NCBI GenBank assembly: GCA_963782915.1
Contig: CAWALK010000015.1
Span: 192,001 to 256,000, forward strand
Origin: an uncultured archaeon
GTDB taxonomy: Archaea > Thermoproteota > Bathyarchaeia > Bathyarchaeales > Bathycorpusculaceae
Length of the DNA stretch: 64,000 nt
Reading direction: 5' to 3'
Positions 59,359 through 64,000 of the stretch are shown here, piece by piece. Below the pieces are notes generated by a model. The model did no database searches. It worked only from the letters and a program-made list of their open reading frames with translations, and was not told the origin of the DNA. The stretch's first letter is position 1. Each line of letters starts with the position of its first letter. Position numbers and translations under genes: made by a program.

Positions 59359-61279
59359 AATCGACAGTTTAATACTAGAATGTAAAGAAGATAACGTAAG
59401 AATCGATTTTTCCCCCAATATTACAATTTTCCATGGTCCAACCTCAGCAGGGAAATCAACTATCGCACGTTTGATAGATTACTGTTTGGGGCGAGACATG
59501 TCAAAGAAAACTTTGGCCTTACAAAAAGAGCTATTATCAACAACACTTGATGCAACAATTGGTCCCAATAAAGCCCGTTTCAAAAGAGTTGAAGGACATT
59601 CAAATTACATCGAAGTAATGTGGACAAACCAAGCTACCCCTAACGTTGTTAATACAATAACAGCGCCTATACAACCTGCTGAACTACCGATAATGAGTAA
59701 TAACATTTTCAGTTTAAGCGATGTTATTTTCTTTTTAATGGGCAAACGTTCAATTGAGGTTCCAACAAAAGTTAAAATGGCTAATTTTAAGCAACTAACA
59801 TTCAGGAACTTAATGTGGTATTGTTACCTTGAACAAGATTTACTAGCATCTAAATTCTATCATTTAGGCGATCCAGTAGTAGAAATCGACAGCCGTAATG
59901 CAATGAAATACATAATGGGTCAATTTACCGATAATATGTATGTCTTGCTTAAGAAACTATCAGATATCGAAAAATTACTAGCTCAAAAACAAAATGAAGT
60001 AAAAAATAATTCGGCATTTCTTGAACAGTTCGGTTTTGAATCTAGTGAAATTCTTGGCAATAAAATTAAGGACATTCAAGAGGAATTAACTATTTCAAAA
60101 CAAAAACTAAGTGCACTGCACCAAGGATACAAAGAAAGCACCCATTTTGCGGATAGGCTGAGGCATGAATTACAAGAATTAAGTAAGAAAATTGGTGAAA
60201 GCGAGCAAGACATTATAGAAATTAATCGTCAAATAGATATTCAAAAATCATTAAGAGATGAGTTGCTTACAGCTCAAAATAAAATATATAGATCGCAAAC
60301 TGCCAAAAACATACTTTATTCTGTCAGTTTTAAGACATGCCCTGAATGTGGTAAGGAGGTCAAAAAAGAAAATTTGGATTTAGCGCATTCTTGCCCTTTA
60401 TGTAGACAGAAAATAGAAGTTGAAAATTTCGGTAACGATGAAGCCGCTAATATTTCAGATTTAAAATCTATATTATTTGAAGAGCTCAACGAGTCCATCG
60501 ACCTTCAACAAAAAGTACTGATTCTTAGAGAACAGGTTTTAAATGATAATCGAAACAAGAAAATAGAACTAGATGAACGATTTAATGAAGAAGTTAAAGA
60601 TTACGATTCCAGCTTTCTATCCAATTCACGTGATTCCGACAGAAAAATTGCAGAGTTAAATGAAAGATTGAATATTTATAGCCGTATTATCGAGTTGCCG
60701 AAGGCACTAATAAAAACCGAAGCGTCATGTACGCAATTATCTGAGGACAAAGTTATCGTCAATCAAGAAATCAACAAAGAAAAGAAGTTAGCGATAAAAT
60801 CTAAGGAATACATCCAAGAACTGGAATATCGTTATTTATTTTCAATGGTCGCATCTAATGTGCCTGGTGTAACCTCCCGGGATAGAGTTCATATAGATAC
60901 GCATACGTGGTTGCCTCATATCTATGAAGGTGGAGATGCAAGTAGAGCTTACACGTTTTACAATGCAGGCAGTTCTGGCAAGGCAACCCTCGTTAATGTA
61001 TGCTATGCGCTTGCGTTACATGAAATCACTACAAAACATGATTTGCCGTTGCCCGATTTCTTAATTATCGATACGCCGATGCAACATATTCATGAGGGGC
61101 TGAATCGGGCGATTTTCGAGGCATTTTATAATAATATCTATAATTTAGCAAAAGGGCCGTTATGTGACACTCAATTTATCATAATAGATAAAGAATTCTT
61201 CCCACCACAAGAGCCATTGCCGCTTAAGATTGAACAGCATTATCTTGAGAAACTAATACCCTATTATGACGGCGCATAA
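59348..61279 (+). CDS. SMC/Rad50-like ABC ATPase (LmuB-like)
   Basis: Walker A GPTSAGKS, Q-loop YLEQD, coiled coils with CPEC/CPLC, signature-like GSSG, Walker B FLIIDTP, QFIIID. Confidence 0.85.
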   Translation: MIFKIDSLILECKEDNVRIDFSPNITIFHGPTSAGKSTIARLIDYCLGRDMSKKTLALQKELLSTTLDATIGPNKARFKRVEGHSNYIEVMWTNQATPNVVNTITAPIQPAELPIMSNNIFSLSDVIFFLMGKRSIEVPTKVKMANFKQLTFRNLMWYCYLEQDLLASKFYHLGDPVVEIDSRNAMKYIMGQFTDNMYVLLKKLSDIEKLLAQKQNEVKNNSAFLEQFGFESSEILGNKIKDIQEELTISKQKLSALHQGYKESTHFADRLRHELQELSKKIGESEQDIIEINRQIDIQKSLRDELLTAQNKIYRSQTAKNILYSVSFKTCPECGKEVKKENLDLAHSCPLCRQKIEVENFGNDEAANISDLKSILFEELNESIDLQQKVLILREQVLNDNRNKKIELDERFNEEVKDYDSSFLSNSRDSDRKIAELNERLNIYSRIIELPKALIKTEASCTQLSEDKVIVNQEINKEKKLAIKSKEYIQELEYRYLFSMVASNVPGVTSRDRVHIDTHTWLPHIYEGGDASRAYTFYNAGSSGKATLVNVCYALALHEITTKHDLPLPDFLIIDTPMQHIHEGLNRAIFEAFYNNIYNLAKGPLCDTQFIIIDKEFFPPQEPLPLKIEQHYLEKLIPYYDGA

Positions 61280-61644
61280 CATTTCATGTTGTAATGAAAA
61301 AACAAGGCGAGGCATGAATAAATTAGTCGCTACGTCGCTTAGAAAGAATATTTCTTTAGGCATAATGTTGTCACTCATTTTATGCTTGTTTTCTTGTGTT
61401 TTAGCCTGTTAATAGTGGGGGGCTAAAGGTTAGTCGGTTTAGGTATTGGAGAGTGTTAGTGGGTTTGTTGGTTGTTCTGAATTTTGTGGCCCTTTGTGTT
61501 GTGCCACGGGTGGTACAAGACGGCTTATCTGTAATCAGCGGCTCTTCTGGGGTTACGGGCGAATTGAATTGAATGGGCCATGCTAGTGCCCGACCTCATT
61601 GCGCTGTCATTGTCACTGCTTGCAAAGATATTCAATAATTCAGT

Positions 61645-61770
61645 CTATATATAGAGGGAGGGGAGGGTGCGGCAAAGCAACAAACTTGTGGACTGTTTGC
61701 GCATACGCTTCCATATACCGCTTTATATAAGGGGCCTATAGAAAAAAACCGCAGCTAATCCAGCAACCAA
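61645..61770. repeat. Dispersed intergenic element, copy 5, at the right border of the defence island
   Basis: CTATATATAGAGGGAGGGGAGGGTGCGGCAAAGCAA...CCAGCAACC. Confidence 0.65.
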
Positions 61771-61779
61771 AGAAAACAG

Positions 61780-62565
61780 TTAACTGACGACTTTTCTGAA
61801 CTGGTACACTGTGGCACCCAACGTCAACACCCCCACGAGCGCGATGACGCCGTATGCTTGGAGGATTATGCTCCAGTCAAACCCAGTAATCATTAAAACG
61901 CGGCAAGCGTTTACGGCGTAGCTGATGGGGTTGAACGCTGAAATCGTCTGTATCCAGCTGGGTTGAAAACTCTGCGGCACCAACGCCGTACTCAAGAAAA
62001 GTAGCGGAAAAGTGATGAAGCCGCCGATGGCGAACACGGTTTCGGCGCTGCGTGTTTTCATGCCGATAGCTAAGGAAATCCCGGACCATGCTAAACCGAA
62101 AAACGCCACGGTTATCAAGATCAAGATGATGCCGGGGACACCTGTTGCGTATGAGACGCCCACAAAAGGCAAAAACGACAACGCAATAATAATAATCGAC
62201 TGAATAACCACGCGGAAAGCATCACTTGTCAAGCGACCCAGCAAAATCGCGTAGCGACTAACGGGTGTAACGAGCATTTTTTGCAGAAAACCCGAATCAA
62301 TATCCGCCACAATCGAGTTCCCCGATTGCAACGCACTTCCAAAAGCGTTCTGCAGCAAAATACCCGCCGTTGCGAAAATCGCGTAACTGCTCGTACCCGT
62401 AGCGGCGATGAAACCGGGAATTTCGGAGAATTGCCCAAAAAGCTGCGTGAAAAGCAGCAGGAAAATGATCGGTTGAAAAAGCGAAAAAAACAGCAAAATC
62501 GGGTTACGCACCAATTTTTGGAGGTAACGCACAAACAAGTACCAAGTATCTGCCAGTAAAGCCAT
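61780..62565 (-). CDS. ABC-2 exporter permease (DrrB-like)
   Basis: RNP......FQP, D.DSGF..K.LVTPVSR, NP.SYAV.A.R. Confidence 0.92.
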   Translation of the reverse strand: MALLADTWYLFVRYLQKLVRNPILLFFSLFQPIIFLLLFTQLFGQFSEIPGFIAATGTSSYAIFATAGILLQNAFGSALQSGNSIVADIDSGFLQKMLVTPVSRYAILLGRLTSDAFRVVIQSIIIIALSFLPFVGVSYATGVPGIILILITVAFFGLAWSGISLAIGMKTRSAETVFAIGGFITFPLLFLSTALVPQSFQPSWIQTISAFNPISYAVNACRVLMITGFDWSIILQAYGVIALVGVLTLGATVYQFRKVVS

Positions 62566-63575
62566 TACCGTCTGCCTCCTCCGAACATGGAACTCGGCGC
62601 CTTCACAAGATCCTCAGTGCGTATCCGCCGGCCGGTATGCTTAAGAAACACATCATCCAACGAAGGCGAAGAAAACGTAACCGAGAGCAGATGGATGTTG
62701 CTGCTGTCAAAAGCCCGCACAATATCAGCAACCAACAACCCGGCATCCTTAGCAAAAACATTCAAGCACTCCTCGGGACCGGAATCCACAACACTGGTCA
62801 CACCCTCCAAGGTTCCCAAAATTTCTTTAGCCTGCGGCTTAACCCGCTCGCAATCCTCAATCGAGAGCTTGATCGAATCCGAACCGATTTCCCGCTTCAA
62901 CTCCGCGGGTGTACCACCGGCAACGATTTTACCGAAATCCACAATCGCCAAACGCTTACACAACTTATCCGCCTCCTCAAGATACTGCGTCGTCAAAAAA
63001 ATCGTCATCCCCTCCTTATTGAGCCGTTCAAGATAAGACCAAATAGCCTGACGCGACTGCGGATCTAAACCGGTTGTAGGTTCGTCGAGAAAGAGCAGTT
63101 TAGGCTCATGAACCAACGCCGTAGCCAAATCCAAACGTTTCTTCATACCGCCGGAATAATTGCGTGCCCGCTTGTCAGCGGCACCTTCAAGCCCGACGAG
63201 TTTTAAGAGTTCCTCGCAACGCCTTTTAAGTTTGGCACTCGGGATTTGTTGGAAGTGACCTTGGAGCATAATGTTTTCTCGGCCGGTCAAATCGCCGTCA
63301 ACGGTTGTTTCTTGGCTTTGCACCCCGATGATTTTGCGTATGGCCGCGGCGCCGCCATCTATATCATGCCCCGCCACGGTTACTTTGCCGGAGGTTTTGC
63401 GCAGCAAAGTAGTGAGGATTTTGATGGTTGTGCTTTTTCCCGCGCCATTAGGCCCTAAGAAACCGAAGAATTCCCCTTCCCCAACACTAAAAGAGATATC
63501 ATCAACGGCTTTAGTGCCATCAGAATACACCAGTACCAGGTTTTTGACGGAAATAAATTCTGACATAGTTGCCAT
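62565..63575 (-). CDS. ABC-2 exporter ATPase (DrrA-like)
   Basis: GPNGAGKST, YSGGMKKRL, LFLDEPTTGLDP, PSLDDVFL..TG. Confidence 0.94.
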   Translation of the reverse strand: MATMSEFISVKNLVLVYSDGTKAVDDISFSVGEGEFFGFLGPNGAGKSTTIKILTTLLRKTSGKVTVAGHDIDGGAAAIRKIIGVQSQETTVDGDLTGRENIMLQGHFQQIPSAKLKRRCEELLKLVGLEGAADKRARNYSGGMKKRLDLATALVHEPKLLFLDEPTTGLDPQSRQAIWSYLERLNKEGMTIFLTTQYLEEADKLCKRLAIVDFGKIVAGGTPAELKREIGSDSIKLSIEDCERVKPQAKEILGTLEGVTSVVDSGPEECLNVFAKDAGLLVADIVRAFDSSNIHLLSVTFSSPSLDDVFLKHTGRRIRTEDLVKAPSSMFGGGRR

Positions 63576-63654
63576 AAGTTTAATTTGTGTTTTTGGAATT
63601 AACCCTATGTGACTGTGTCTGGACAGCAACGATTGGAAGCTAGAACATATCCTT

Positions 63655-63740
63655 GATTGGTGCAGCTGTTGGCGGCGCTGGTTTTTGGTGTTGGGCTATT
63701 TTTTGGGTTGCTGGTTGGTTGGGGCTGATTGTGCAGCCAG
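63655..63740. repeat. Dispersed intergenic element, core only (copy 6)
   Basis: GCAGCTGTTGGCGGCG...TTTGGTGTTGGG...GGGTTGCTGGTTGGTTGGGGCTGATT, matches the copy 3 reverse-complement core. Confidence 0.65.
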
Positions 63741-63846
63741 ACGCGGCTAAAAACAAAGCCTGATTTTCAAACTGGGATTCCTGTTACTACCAGTTGCACC
63801 AGCAGAGGCTTAAATATGCTCCATCTGGTAGTTTTTTGGTGAAAAC

Positions 63847-64000
63847 ATGCAGACGACAAGTCTAAACCAAATTCAGGGACAGGAATTATGTGATGAAATC
63901 GCGAACATGCTACTCAACACTATCGAAGCGCAGGACATTGATCATAAGGTTGAGGCGGCGGTGAATGTTTTTCTCACAAAACAAAACATCAACCTTGACT
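63847..64000 (+). CDS. Hypothetical protein (partial, runs off window)
   Basis: GGTGA RBS then MQTTSLNQIQGQELCDEIANMLL..., open to the window end. Confidence 0.55.
   Translation, partial: MQTTSLNQIQGQELCDEIANMLLNTIEAQDIDHKVEAAVNVFLTKQNINLD

Noticed and set aside
57563-61279. Island as Wadjet/MksBEFG, CBASS or Rad50-Mre11
   Set aside because: No kleisin or Toprim JetD, no cyclase, no Mre11 phosphoesterase; order and sizes fit Lamassu/ABC-3C
975-63740. Dispersed repeats as a CRISPR array or canonical ORB origin
   Set aside because: No regular repeat-spacer period or cas genes; no TTCCAxTGGAA ORB core and no orc1/cdc6 gene in the window

Overview
Archaeal chromosomal segment, most consistent with Bathyarchaeia by gene content (inference): TBP, TFS, pelota, NcsA/TtuA, AK6-type kinase, mfnB, archaeal RNase P RNA, K+-independent H+-PPase, and a ten-gene complex-I-ordered [NiFe] group 4 hydrogenase operon. 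About 15 single-base frameshifts fall in otherwise intact genes and most likely reflect uncorrected long-read errors. Notable items: (1) an AT-rich three-gene Lamassu/ABC-three-component defence island at 57.5-61.3 kb with an atypical middle subunit; (2) an unannotated dispersed ~150-170 bp intergenic element (TATA-like palindrome + G-string + conserved core) with about 6 recognisable copies and further degenerate traces; (3) an N-terminally truncated pelota/aeRF1 paralog; (4) several microproteins missed by the ORF track, most of them Zn-binding; (5) rnpB and a candidate C/D box sRNA. No tRNA, rRNA, CRISPR array or transposase was recognised. All calls are by eye; no database searches were run.
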